Assembly: GCA_002189035.1 (NCBI GenBank)
Contig: NEEC01000017.1
Coordinates: 1,426,001 to 1,490,000, forward strand
Source: Utricularia gibba
Taxonomy: Eukaryota > Plantae > Magnoliophyta
DNA: 64,000 bases
Direction of reading: 5' to 3'
Position numbers and translations under genes: made by a program. The notes below the pieces were generated by a model that worked only from the letters and a program-made list of their open reading frames with translations, had not been told where the DNA came from and ran no database searches. Positions 1-16,900 of this stretch are shown here, piece after piece (position 1 is the first letter of the stretch; the number at the start of each line of letters is the position of its first letter).

Positions 1-160
1 ATACACTTCACGAGCAAATTAAAAGTTCGAAGAAAGGCCGTAGTGTTATTCACCAGTGTTTTCAGGTTTCTTTCTGTTTTTTTTTTCTGACACCATAAAG
101 TGTCTTCATTTTTTTTTTTTTTTACGTTTCCTCTGTACTTGATGCAAATTGCTGTATCAG

Positions 161-1130
161 GGTGAACTGGAGGTTATGAAGGAGATCCAGATGGGAGGAG
201 CTACTGATGGGCAAGATGGTGATTCAGTGAGAGGTGTATCTATTGAGACGAGCAAAATGCCTTTCTTGATGCTTGGTCTAGACTTGCCGCCCCCACCTCT
301 ATTTAAGGACATCATGGAGAAAAACATCATTCCACAGGTTCTGCTTCAGTATGTCAGATGTTCTAATATTAGCACTAACAGAGACCTCATTCCTACAGCA
401 TTAATATTTTCTCATTGCAATCTTAGACTACATTTGTTCAGAAATTTGCTTTATTGTGTTGTTTTATCAACCCTACAACTCTTTCAGGTTCCACTTTTGA
501 ACATTTTGAAAAAGTTTGATGGTGAAACCGTCACAGAAGTCGTGAGGCCCCGTGTTGCAAGAATGAGGTATCTTGTGAAAAGGCTACCCCCATATCTGAT
601 TCTCCACATGCGCCGATTTACAAAAAACAATTTCTTTATGGAGAAGAACCCCACTCTTGGTGAGCACCACTTCTCTGAATGGCTAAGCTGAGCCTACAAA
701 AGAAACAGTGTGATTATACCATTTACTTGATTTTTGTTGCCTTTTTTCCCAAGTTAATTTCCCGGTGAAGAATCTCGAACTAAAGGACTACATCCCCCTT
801 CCTGCACCGACCGGTAGTGACAAGCTGCGGACCAAGTATGATTTGATTGCCAATATAGTCCATGATGGGAAGGCAGGTGAAGGCTGCTACCGAGCCTTTG
901 TGCAGAGAAAGTCAGAAGAGCTTTGGTAAAACTTCGCAATCTCCTTATCCCCAAAATCTCCAAGATTCAACTCTCTGTTCTCCTACTTGCTAATCAACCC
1001 AATCTTCTGTATGAAAATTATCATCTGCAGGTACGAGATGCAGGATCTTCATGTTTCTGAAACACTACCTCAGATGGTTGCGCTTTCTGAGGCCTACATC
1101 CAGATATACGAGCAGCAACAGCAGCAATGA
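161..1130 (+). CDS. USP39: U4/U6.U5 tri-snRNP-associated protein 2 (USP39/SAD1-like), 3' part only; exons ~161-337, 488-659, 754-925, 1031-1130
   Basis: Spliced translation gives KMPFLMLGLDLPPPPLFKDIMEKNIIPQVPL...LPPYLILHMRRFTKNNFFMEKNPTLVNFPVKNLEL...KYDLIANIVHDG...WYEMQDLHVSETLPQMVALSEAYIQIYEQ, the USP39 C-terminus; GT-AG junctions keep frame. Confidence 0.92.
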
Positions 1131-2380
1131 GGTTCGTTTACGGTTCTAAGAAGTTGTCATCCGTAAGCAATGTTTGTGGATCAATTACAGATTGTGTTTT
1201 AGGCTATGAATTTTGGTACGTGTTGTAGAGCTCAGCCAGCTCTTTAGATGGCTGGGCTTGTAACCTGTGAAACGTTTGACGCCCACCGGGGGTGCTCGGA
1301 CACGGCGCTTCCGTGCGGCTGACTCGGGGACACTCCTACAATTGTTTTTCACCTTAGCATGCCTCCTGGTTCATACACTTTCGTCTTTGACAGCTAATAA
1401 TTTTTTTTCTTTATTTGAACTTTTATTATTCATATAATTCAATTAATTATGTATTTTAGTTATTTGTAACTAGATAAATATAATTAAAGTTGAAATTTGA
1501 TGTATAATTTTTAAATGTATTTAAAATAATATCATATTTGATTATTAGATTTAAATTAATAAAATAAAATAATAATTTGTGTAGGATAGGTCTCTTTTAC
1601 TAAGCATGCAATTCATATATGTTTTGAAAGAAAAATGTAGGTTTTGATAAAATATTTATGTATTATTCACAAAATATACTTAAAACATTCCTATAAATTA
1701 TAAAATATGCCTTAAATGATTTCATTATGCACGTGCTTTTAAAGGAAATATTTTGTTGCCACGTGCGTCATCACTTGCGCCTCAAAATGAATCTAGTCTT
1801 GTATTGAGGCAAGATGCAGACCTATACGCGGCGAAACGTTCGCGACTTCCGTGTGCTTGTAAATCAGCGATGAGCCATAATAAATTGGATAGGGTTTTTA
1901 TAGTAATTGATTAATTTGGTAATCATGCCAAATAATTAGGGTGTCAATCAAATTACAATTTTGCCCATACTTCTCAAGCGAAAGGGTTGGGTTAATGACG
2001 TACCCCGTTTCTTTCGAATATTAAAACTTTTAAAAAATAAATAAATGTTCCAAAATATACCTTAAATAGCAAAGTAATAGTCACCCATACATTTAAAATA
2101 CTTTTCAAAGCATCAATGGAGTGTATTTACATATTTATCCCTATAACGTTAAACCTGAACCCCCTTGGACGAACCTGGACACCTTTATCGGTTTCGATGC
2201 ATTAACCCTCCCTTGCTATATATACAAATGCGAAGATGCTTCCTTCTCCCATTCTCTCGACGCCGGGACTCCATTTTCTGAAACGTCGTTCGCCACCATG
2301 ATCCCATCGCAGTGACGCCATTTCCTTCCATTGCAGCGTTTGTGAAATTATATTTAATACCGAGTGTCTTTATCTGAATC

Positions 2381-3355
2381 ATGAAGATTCCGGCGAGGTT
2401 CACGAAAACGGCGGCGGTTTTCGATGCGGCGGCGCGGTGGGAGCCCTGCGACTGCGAGAGTAGCGGCAGCGAGCACTCGGCCGATTTATATCACCTTGTG
2501 AATTCGTTTCTTGAGGGAGAAATCGAAGGGGATGAGATGATTGATGATGGTACTCTACAGGAGAATGAAGAATTTGGGATTCGATCGAGGGCTCTCGATT
2601 CCGCTGATTTGTCGAAATTGAAGAGCTTGTTGAGCGTTGAAAGTGATCGGAAAATAAGCAGAGTGGTGGAGAAGGCGCGGCGGGAGCTTTCCGGAGAGAC
2701 ACCTCCATCGGAGTTTAAGCGGCTGTTGATGGGTCGGCTTCGGCGCCTCGGCCTTGACGCCGGTGAGTTTTCTTTTTTTTTTTTTTTAATTTCAAAATGC
2801 GTAACGGGAGAGTGAATTAGTTCCCCGATTGTTTAATCTTCGTTGAATTGATGGCTAAATTTGTAACTTGGTCTCTTAATCCATGGTTGTTTTACAGGGC
2901 TTTGCAAATCCAAGTGGGAAAAGAACGGCCGCCGGCCGTCGGGGAGCTACGAGTACATCGACGTGAACGCCGGCGGTAACCGTTACATAGTGGAAATTGG
3001 TCTGGCATGCGAGTTCACGATCGCTCGCCCGACGGCGAAATACTCTTCTTTACTGGAGACATTTCCCGAAGTTTTCATCGGAAAACCAGGGGACTTGAAG
3101 GAGGTGGTATCCACGATGTGCTCGGCCTTGAAAACGTCGATGAAAGCGGCCGGAATCAGCCTGCCGCCGTGGCGGGGCCTGGAGTATATGCAGAGTAAAT
3201 GGTCAGCGAAGTACAGACGAACCACTCAAGAAGTCTCCCGGTTGCTGCCAGAGGAGTTTCTAGACGTCAATAGGAATTCGCTTAATTGCAGGAAGGCCGC
3301 CTTACCCCGCGCCGCCGGGGTTGAAGGAATCCAGAACATAACGGCGGCATCTTGA
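2381..3355 (+). CDS. DUF506 / plant PDDEXK-like protein (TIGR01615); exons 2381-2762, 2898-3355
   Basis: LRRLGLDAGLCKSKWEK...GSYEYIDV...RYIVEIGLACEFTIARPT...PEVFIG...SMKAAGISLPPWRGLEYMQSKW are the diagnostic DUF506 motifs; one in-frame GT-AG intron. Confidence 0.9.
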
Positions 3356-5005
3356 GACGAAGATGCCCTTCACCCAAATTGCACAGTATGCAGATTTTCG
3401 AGAAATTATTTTTATTTCAAATATATTATTAGTTACTTTACTTTCAAGTGAACTGGGCTGCCGTAAATAGGCCGTGGCCCACGTGACTTGTTGGGCCCAT
3501 TACCAGCTCCCGCAGGCATTAGGCCCAAGATGGGCACCATCCTTCCCTTTAGGCTTTATTCTGCACAAGCAGATAAGTAGCAAGTTGTGAGATTCTTTGG
3601 CAACTTGCTCATCAACTATACCAAACACAACTAAAGTTGATTATTGGGATTATCGAAATCGAACTGAAACCGAACCAAATCGATATAAACTAATAACTGA
3701 AATTGAACCAAATTAAATCGGTTTGATTTCGTATTAATCGAATTAACTGATTTTTGCATTATCGGTCAGGATGAAATACATAATTTATATTAAAAAATAG
3801 TGACTAATTTATCGAAATATTAAAAATATGGATTTTTTTTACATAATTTTTGTTATTTTAAATCACTCATTGACAAGTAGTGAAGGCCAAGATATTTTTT
3901 TCATTATAAATGTGGGCTTCTATGCAACCATGGGATAAGAATCCTGTGTTCAGAATTGTGGTGGATCTCCAGTAGGGCCCACATCATTGACTTTTGGCTC
4001 TATACTAAATGACTTGGATAAATTTATTTCCACTTTTAACCTATCCACCTTTCCCAATTAATTTACATAAAAACAAAATATTCTATTCATTTATAATTCT
4101 ATTTAAAAAATTAATAATATTTTTAATTGCTAAAAAAGAAACTTTTAAAAAATGGAAAATTGATTTTGAGGGTTTTATTAAAGAGTTTACAAGATTAGGG
4201 CATAAAAGATTTAATTTATCTAAGTTTAGATAAAGATGTTATAAAGGAATTAAGTTTTTTTATACTATATTTAGTTATTAGATACACATATAAAATTAAA
4301 TAAAGTAAGTGAGAGAAGCAGATTTAAATAAACTCATGTACATGAAATTAAATAAAATTATTTTCAATCATGAATATTTAAATTCGTGAAGTAAATACAA
4401 TATAATTTATAATCTTTAATGTACATTTGGTTGATAAAATTTTAAGGGAATGTTTGGTTTTGAGTTGATTAGTAATACGTTATAAATTAAATTTAAATCC
4501 ATACAAATTAATGTGCTTTATATTAAAATTATTATTTATATAACACATCTAAATACAGCTATGAAATGCATTTCAAATCTAAATTCGTAAATTATGTTTT
4601 ATCTTGAACGATATTACTCAGAGTGAATATTAGAACTCAATTTAGGATAATCAAAATAATTTTAAATCTTGAAATTGAATTTTAAAAATGCATTTATAAA
4701 TATTAATTATATTATATAAGGAAGGGTTTATTTGGGTTAATGGGGGTTTCCGGATTTGGCTACCGGGAAACAGTAGACTTTCCTTTTCGGTTTGTGCTGC
4801 TGCGAGTAAAATAGTCAAAAATAGTATTAGCGTAACGTGGTCAGTTTCTACCCATACAAATATCCATACTCTAACGCACACGCAGAGCGGTTGTCGTCTA
4901 CACGCGGTCATACTTGCTGCCTTTCGTTTCCCTCATCGCCATCATAAAGACTCCTTCCCTTCCTCCTTCATGCATCGCTAGGCTAACAATTGCGCACGCT
5001 CAGGG

Positions 5006-8000
5006 ATGGGTTCACTCACGGCGTCCATCGGCGATCTGGTGCCGACGGTGAAGCAGGAGCCGGGAGAATCTTGTGCCGCGGAGCCGACGACTTCCGCCGC
5101 GCCGCCGCCGGTGGAGGAGAAGCTCGATAAGGATGTGCTGTGCCCGATTTGCATGCAGATTATCAAGGACGCCTTCTTGACGGCGTGTGGGCATAACTTT
5201 TGCTACATGTGTATACTTACGCATCTTCAGAATAAGAGTACCTGTCCTTCGTGTTCTCACTTCCTCACGCCCAATCTGCTGTACCCTAATTTTCTTCTCA
5301 ACAAGGTTGATTTTTTAATCGGAGTTGATCTCATCATTATCGCTGCTTTATTGTGACTGTGATGGAATTATGGGAGTGATCCCGTTTTCATTTTGTGTAG
5401 AAACTCCTCTCTATTTGCTTGAGCCTGTAACCAGTAAATGCTGCCAAGTTACTCCGTTTTTCATGAATTGTTTCAGATACATGGCTTTAAGCGTTTCTTG
5501 TGGTGTTTTTGTAGCTGCTCATGAAGGCTTCAGCTCGTCAAATAGCAAGAACTGCCCCTCCCTTGGAACAGCTTCGTCAAGCTTTGGAACAGGTTAACCA
5601 TATCTTTCACTTTGCATTCTAAAAGAATGGATAATAGGTCAAGAATATCTTTTGCTTGGTCACTATATCCTCTCCCGCCTCAAGAGGCATACATTTACTT
5701 GGGCTGCCTGTTATATGTTGAATTATTGGAAATTGACTCTACTGTCTTTGCTCAGGGATGTGTAACATCAGTGAAGGAACTTGAGAGCCTCATGAATCTT
5801 ATTGCGCAGAAGAAAAGTAAGATGGAGCAAGAGCAAGCTGAAACAAATCTACAGATTTTGCTCGATTTCCTGCATTGTTTGAGAAAGAAACGGCTTGATG
5901 AGCTCAATGAGGTCCTGAATTATATGGCCTTTCAGTATGCTATATTTTTAATCCGAATGCACTGAGGGGAAAATATATTAAATTCATTAATTTCTTGCAG
6001 ATCAAATGTGACCTCCAATTTATCAAAGAAGACATTCAGGCTGTTGAGATGCAACGTATAGAGTTCTACCGTAGAAGGGACAAGTATTCCGATAATTTGG
6101 GTGTGCCCAGTGATGAGGCCTCCTTGAGATCTCTCTACCCATTTTCAAATGACAAAAGTGCCACTTCCTTGAGGACTCCTACTGCTCCAGCCATTAGCCA
6201 CCATCTACGTTCTAGTGGCTCTCAAAACCAGAAGCGTGATGTAAAACTTTCTGAAAGCCCTTCGCCTTTAACAAGGGGCCCTCAATGTTTTTCAGAAATG
6301 GAAAACATTACCCAATGTCAACAAGTATTGGCGAGAAAGAGGCGGGTCCAGATGCAGGTCAGCTATCCTGCATGATATCTGTAATTTATATAGAATACGC
6401 TGGAAATCTACATTTTTTAAACTTTTAAACTCTATACGCCCTGACGTGTGATTTTCTTTCTAAATTTAACAGTTTGGAGAATTACAAGAGTGTTATTTGC
6501 AAAAGCGCCGACATTGGGCAAGATCATCCCAGGAATCCCGAGATAGGGATATGCATGCTTCAAATAGAGAAGGTTTTTCTCAAGGCCTTCAGGATTTTCA
6601 GTCCGTCTTGTCAAGTTTCACAAGATACAGGTTCTGCAAGACTCAGAATTTGATTCTTTTGGACCTAACAATTAATTTTGCGAGCTGATTCAGCTTGTCT
6701 TTTCTATCAGTCGGTTAAATGTTGTTGCTGAACTTAGACATGGAGATCTGTTTCATTCAGCCAATATCGTGTCAAGGTTGGATACCCTGCTATCTTCTTC
6801 ATGGGTGATGTCTCTAATTTGTTCATGCCATTTCGTTCAGTAACCTAAATAATATTTTAAAACTATCTTTTTTCTTGCAGTATAGAATTCGACCGAGATG
6901 ATGAATTGTTTGCTACTGCTGGAGTATCCAGGCGTATCAAGATTTTCGATTTTGCATCAGTATGTGTTTATTTTGTGTCTTGAGATATCTGTTTGCAACT
7001 AAAGATCATTAACAAGTTCATAGTAAGAAAATTTTGAGAGTGGCTTAGAAAGAATTAGTATGTATCTCTTGACTAAGAGAGTACGTTGAATATGAAATTT
7101 GCAAGATTGTAATTCATTGTTTCACCATAGGTTACTTAAACCTTTTCTCCCCCAGGTAGTTAACGAACCAGCTGAAGCACAATACCCAGTGGCAGATATA
7201 GTCACTCGGTCAAAACTCAGTTGTTTAAGCTGGAACAAGTCTATCAAAAATCAGATAGCTAGCAGTGACTATGAGGGCATAGTGACGGTGTGGGATGCTG
7301 CGACTCGACAGGTAGAAGTGCTGTTATACTTGTTACGGATAAAATAAACATTGCTGCTGATTCACATTCGTATATGGTCTTATTTTGTAATTAAGAGTGT
7401 GATGGAGTATGAAGAGCATGAAAAACGTGCGTGGAGTGTTGATTTTTCACGTACAGAACCTTCCATGCTTGTATCTGGGAGCGATGATTGCAAGGTATCA
7501 TTCAGAAACTCTTTTTTCCCTCGAAGATGAATTATTACTTCCATCCTTGCTACTTGAAATGTATGATCCATTAAAATGTGCCCATGGTCAGTAACCAGAG
7601 CGTAATGCTAATTTTTAGTTTTTATTGTTACTCGTGTATTTTTCTTGATCAACAATGAAGTTGGCTCCTCATCAGGTCAAAGTTTGGTGTACAAGGCAAG
7701 AAGCAAGTGCCATCAACATTGACATGAAGGCGAATATATGTTCCGTCAAATATAACCCTGGATCAAGTTTCCATATAGCGGTAATCTCTTTGCTTAACCA
7801 CATTTTTTGTTTCCTTATTTTTTCAGAGGCAGATGACACTATGATTTTTTTTTTTTTCCAGATTGGGTCTGCTGATCATCATATTCACTACTATGACTTG
7901 AGAAAAACCAGCCAGCCATTGCATATCTTCAGTGGCCACAGAAAGGCCGTCTCATACGTCAAGTTTCTATCGAATAACCAGCTTGCCTCTGCATCTACTG

Positions 8001-8468
8001 ACAGTACCTTGCGTCTATGGGATGTAAGGGAAAACATACCAGTAAGTTCTGATCCCTACATGTCGCACAACATCCCTATACCTTGCTGCATCCTATGAAC
8101 ATCCTTGCCATCCTGCAGCTCCGAGTATTCAGAGGCCACACAAACGAGAAGAATTTTGTTGGTCTAACCGTAGACACAGACTACATTGCCTGTGGAAGTG
8201 AAACCAATGAAGTCTTCATCTACCACAAGGTAACACAACATTTCCCAGACCCAAAAGCTGCTGAGCACCCTATCTAACAACCAGTCATCCCCTGCAGGAT
8301 ATTTCTAAACCAGCAGCGTGGCACCGATTTGTGAACTCCGATGTGCATGATGGGGAGGACGACATGGGATCATATTTCATCAGTGCCGTGAGCTGGAAAA
8401 GCGGCAGCTCAACCATGCTGGCTGCCAACAGCCAAGGCAGGATCAAGGTACTCATGCTTTCTCCATGA
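5006..8468 (+). CDS. COP1: COP1-like E3 ubiquitin ligase (RING + coiled coil + WD40), 13 exons, intact
   Basis: [33 protein letters not shown]; coiled coil [17 protein letters not shown]; WD40 motifs [59 protein letters not shown]; all junctions GT-AG and in frame; stop TGA 8466-8468. Confidence 0.93.
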
Positions 8469-8654
8469 CTGATGCATGCAGCGGAATTGATTCAACAAAT
8501 TCATCTCATTTCTTGTACATGTAATGCATACTACTAGTCTTGTGAACCAGTCATCTGTTGTAACCTGAGCTCCATAATTTTGTTGCTGAAACTGGAGTTC
8601 ATCTACTCTGTAAAAACATGTCTTTTCATGTCCTTCAAAGAAGAAAGCCTGGTT

Positions 8655-8709
8655 TGGGCCGGTTCATTCATGTGAACATGGGCCTGAGCCCAGCTGGGAT
8701 TATGGCCCA
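8655..8709. promoter_or_regulatory. Cluster of four site II-type motifs (TGGGCY/RGCCCA) in the PFP-beta promoter
   Basis: tgggcc 8655, tgggcc 8679, agccca 8687, ggccca 8704, ~180-230 nt upstream of the ATG at 8883; site II elements are TCP-bound housekeeping promoter motifs. Confidence 0.5.
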
Positions 8710-8882
8710 TCAGTTGAATTTAATTATTTCCGCCATGATCATCGCTTATATCGTACTTCATTGATGATTTCAACGATAAGCATCCAGAGTGGAATCTTGT
8801 TCTCGTAAAGCGCGCTGCAGCTTCGAACGAAATACGCTAACAAAATTTGTGCTTGCTCCGGTAAACCACTGAAGAAACGGAC

Positions 8883-12614
<3,732 letters not shown>

Positions 12615-15230
12615 ATCCTCCTCCCAGTTTGTCTTGTTTACTGTCTTTCTGACTCCGAAATCTTCCCCTGAACTCCGAGCACTTGATCCAAGCTTTCTTA
12701 TGACAAAATGTGGGCCTTAAGAGCTGTTTCTGTTGACCAATAAAACATGGACCTTGGAAATGACCAGTTTGAGCACAAAACGCCCTTTCCTTTCCATGCT
12801 AAGCTCCTGCATCCAGCTTGCTTATATTCATCATCAGGATTAACCAGTCCGGCGACCGCTAAACGGCCGGTCGGCCGGTCGGGCTCGACGATACGCCGGA
12901 GGAGCATAACACAAGATCTTGGAAGGCAGCTGAATACAATGGGCACCGTAGTTTTTTCATTTGCAGGATGAAACTCAGTCAAAGCATTGGGAGTTTATTC
13001 CAAAATGAGTCCATTGAAAGTGGACAAAAAGCAAAAGAAGCTGTGCACCAAAATGGTGCAGCACCTCAACACTTCAATCCCATCACTACCTTTTTGCCTC
13101 CCACAGATCATAAATAAATCCCCCCCTTGCATTATTACACATTACCTTCAAACAGAATTTTGTTGAATATAAAATTGTATTATATAATTAAAAATTGAAA
13201 ATATCTTTAATACACAAATTTTACATGTGTTCAAACTTATATGTATGATGGATGAAAAAAAACCCAAATTTTGATTAGAAAAACTCGACGAAGAAAAGTT
13301 TCGAAAAATGCCATTCATGGGATTATACAATTGTTTTACACCTTAAACTCGTAATGCGAACAAAACATATATAGCTATCAATACAAATCAGTCCATATTA
13401 AACAATAATAATAATGTGAACATTGATTTAATATTACAAAAATAAAGAGTACAAATATGAAGGTTGTGATATTAGATCAAATAATTTCATATCAAAAAAT
13501 GAAAGTAAGGTATTAAATATATTAATAATTGATTATATTTAATATTTTTAAATATAATTTATATTTTTTGTATACTTAAATTTCACTTATATTCATGTGA
13601 TACACTGGATTCATAATTTCAATATGAGGTATTTTACAAAAGCTTTTTTCTATTTTACAAAACCACCCACAGCATGTGTCTTAATAGTGTTTTGGAAGAA
13701 GCCACGAGAAAGAACACGAAGGAGCTTGAAAATATTGTTCCCAGGAGTGTTTCTTCGTATTGGGCAAGTCTACAGCACCCCGTTCCATCCAACGAGGCTT
13801 TATGCAGGCCAAGGTCTCATTTTGCTTGTAAGGACAAGTTTCTGGTTTTCTGCTTGAGCAACGGCAATCATTCAGCTCCTTGTCGACTACCTGCCGTGAC
13901 TCCATTGGGTAACACCGCCTCCACTCTCACCAGAAACGGCTCATAACAAGCCTCATCTTTTTCTTTTTTTGTTCTTCATTTTCTGTAGAGAGAAATTGAC
14001 CGTATACCTCATCATCTTCTGATATCCCCGACAAAATCATTATCGTTTTACTATTGTTGTTATTTGTGAGATAAGGGTTTTGTATGGTGCACGATAATGT
14101 AAGTAATAGGAGTGCCAAGGAACAGAATGCCATTTCTATTACAACAATAAATCTTACATTTGAAAATGAAAAGGAAAAAGTAAGTATATATTAGATTTTG
14201 GATTACTTATAATATTAGTTTTTTTGTAGACATGGCATATCATTAAAGTAGTGAAATTTAAAATTTTTTTAAAAATTCTAAACGTATATTTTGGAATACG
14301 TTATATATCATATAAATAGATTTTGAAAATAACTTTAAATACATTCTGTTGTTCATCAACTATCAATAATAGACAAACTCTATAATATTTATGCATGAAG
14401 CAATTTGTTGATAAACCTCTCAAAGCCACAGAATAATAGTCAATCTCCTTAGATGCTAATAGATAAAATTCTACCTTGTAGATAAATATCAGAGATAAGG
14501 CCTAATTTTTTTTTAATATTATCTATATTTCTTACGTAATTAAAACCTATTAGATTCTTAATTTCAACAATTTCCCACTTGAGGGGCGAATCCCATCAAA
14601 GGTCAAGCAGCAACATGAGCCACTAGAGGGGATTTGGTTGGTTTGGATGCCATGAATGATGCACATCAAGGTCTTTCTTTTACTCCAACTTGGAGTCCAA
14701 TGTCACATTTCTTTTCAGAGGATGTATTCTACTGTTTGAATGGCAAGTGAGCAGAAGAATTAGAAGGGTATTTCATGTGATTTTAGAGAATAGGATCATT
14801 GTAAGAGAGGAGAGGGGTATAGAGGAGATTCCGTGCCCTCATCACCCAAACGATTTGACGCTTCATCATCACTGCATTCTCTCTATTTTCCTTTTCTTTT
14901 CTCCTTCATAAAAATGGATTCTTTATTTGATTTCTGGTGAATGTGATGAACTTTTTTCACTGGGAGTGAAAGAGAAAGAGAAAATAAAGAAGAGCAACTC
15001 CATCATCATTGTTTTTCATTGGGAAGGTAAAGCTTTCTCTCAACCCCAATTCCCTTTTTCCTGCTAAAAAAATTTGCTCTCTTACAAAACTGAGACTTGT
15101 AGAGACACTCTACCAATCAAAAAAGTGTTGCCTGCATCAATGGCGTAAAGACCGGAAGTTTCTCTCCGTTCTCTTAGGGTTCCGAGCAAAAAAGAAAAGA
15201 AAAAAGGAAATCTTTGATCAGGACAAGGAG

Positions 15231-16644
15231 ATGGATTGTGGTAATGATGCTATTATGTTCGCTTTCGGGGAAGCTGCGAATACTCCGATGATGATGATAG
15301 TCCCTGAAATCTGCGGCGGTTCACAGCCGGACACCGCCTGCGCCGCTGCAAACAATACCCTCTTTCCTAATCCTATGATCCATGGAGGATACCCATATTT
15401 CAACCACGAAGAAGACAAGGCGAAAATCATGGCTCATCCCCAGTTCCACCGCCTTCTATCCGCTTATGCGAATTGTCAAAAGGTGATTTTATATTACTTT
15501 TTGCAATAAATACACCATTGGATTTTGAATCTTGCAATGAATTTGGAGATCGGAGCGCCGTCGGAAGTAGCGGCGAAGCTGGATGAGACGGCGGAGATGA
15601 TGAATCGGGGGGCGAGCTGCTCCTCCTGCTCCGACCCGGCGCTGGATCAGTTCATGGAAGCTTACTGTGAAATGCTGATCAAGTATGAGCAAGAGATCAC
15701 GAAGCCACTCAAGGAAGCAGTAGCTTTTCTTTCCACAGTGGAATCCCAGCTCAGTTTCCTCACCTTCTCTGGTCTTTCTTCTTCCTCTTTTTCTGCTTCT
15801 CGTTTCGCGTTCCCATCTGGAGTTGAGAGTTTGTGCACGTGCATGGTTGCAACATAAGCCAAAGGGTTCCATTGAGTTTCCTCTTTAGGTTTTAGCATTG
15901 TTGAATTCATCTTCAGTTCCCAGGCCCAGAAATTAAGAACTTCTAGGGTTTTTTTGACAAAACTCAAGTTCCTCCTGTCTTGATTTTTGGTTTTAAAACC
16001 TAGGAAAAATTTCATGCATTTGGACAGGTATGAGTTGTTTAGGTCTAGATGCTAAATCAGTCCCCAATAATTTGTGTTCTGTAAAAACTTATGAGGATGA
16101 CAATTAATGTACAAGTGAATGGCATCATCTGAAACCCTTTCTTCTTATCTGATTTCTTTCTACCTTGCAGTCTCTTTTTGCTTCTTGATCCCTTTCAGTT
16201 GCAGGTGAACTTGATGCCAGCTCCTCTCTGGAAGGCGGACTGGGTGCAAGCGGCGCGATGATCGATCCTCAGGCCGAGGAAAGCGAACTCAAGAACCAGC
16301 TCCTGCAAAAGTACAGCGGGTACTTGGGTGGCCTGAAGCAGGAATTCATGAAAAAAACGAAGAAAGAGAAGCTCCCAAGGGACGCCCGGCAGCAGCTCCT
16401 GGAGTGGTGGAGCCGGCATTACAAGTGGCCGTACCCGTCGGAGTCTCAGAAGTTGGCGTTGGCGGAATCGACGGGCCTGGACCAAAAGCAGATCAACAAC
16501 TGGTTCATCAACCAAAGGAAGCGGCACTGGCGGCCCTCTGAGGAGATGCAGTATGTCGTCATGGAGGCGGCGCAGCCCGGCTTCATGACGGCCGATGACA
16601 TGCTGGCTGCCGGCGGCGGCGACACGTTTCCGGGTATGCTTTGA
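15231..16644 (+). CDS. STM: Class I KNOX homeobox protein, SHOOT MERISTEMLESS-like; exons 15231-15482, 15549-15771, 16205-16644
   Basis: KNOX1 [26 protein letters not shown]2 [39 protein letters not shown], homeodomain [46 protein letters not shown] (STM-type). Confidence 0.92.
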
Positions 16645-16900
16645 TGGTGCAGCTTCGGCTGCCGTCTTTCCTTATGCAACTTTGTGTTGTTTAGCGAGAA
16701 TCTCGCCGACAGATACCCCCGTGGGGCCCTTGAAATAATCTATTTTTTTTTTACGAAAATCAATAATCTATGAAAAATAAATACATGTAGAAGGAATTCC
16801 CGTCCGTACGTCGTGTTCGCCATTTCCATGGATGTTGCAGAGGGCTTCTGCACTTCCTGGGGCGGTATCCGAAGTTGTACACAAAAATGCCGAGCTCCTC

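Noticed and set aside
12847-12900. GC-rich self-complementary run cggccggtcggccggtcgg after PFP-beta
   Set aside because: Too short and low-complexity to support a structured RNA or repeat call.
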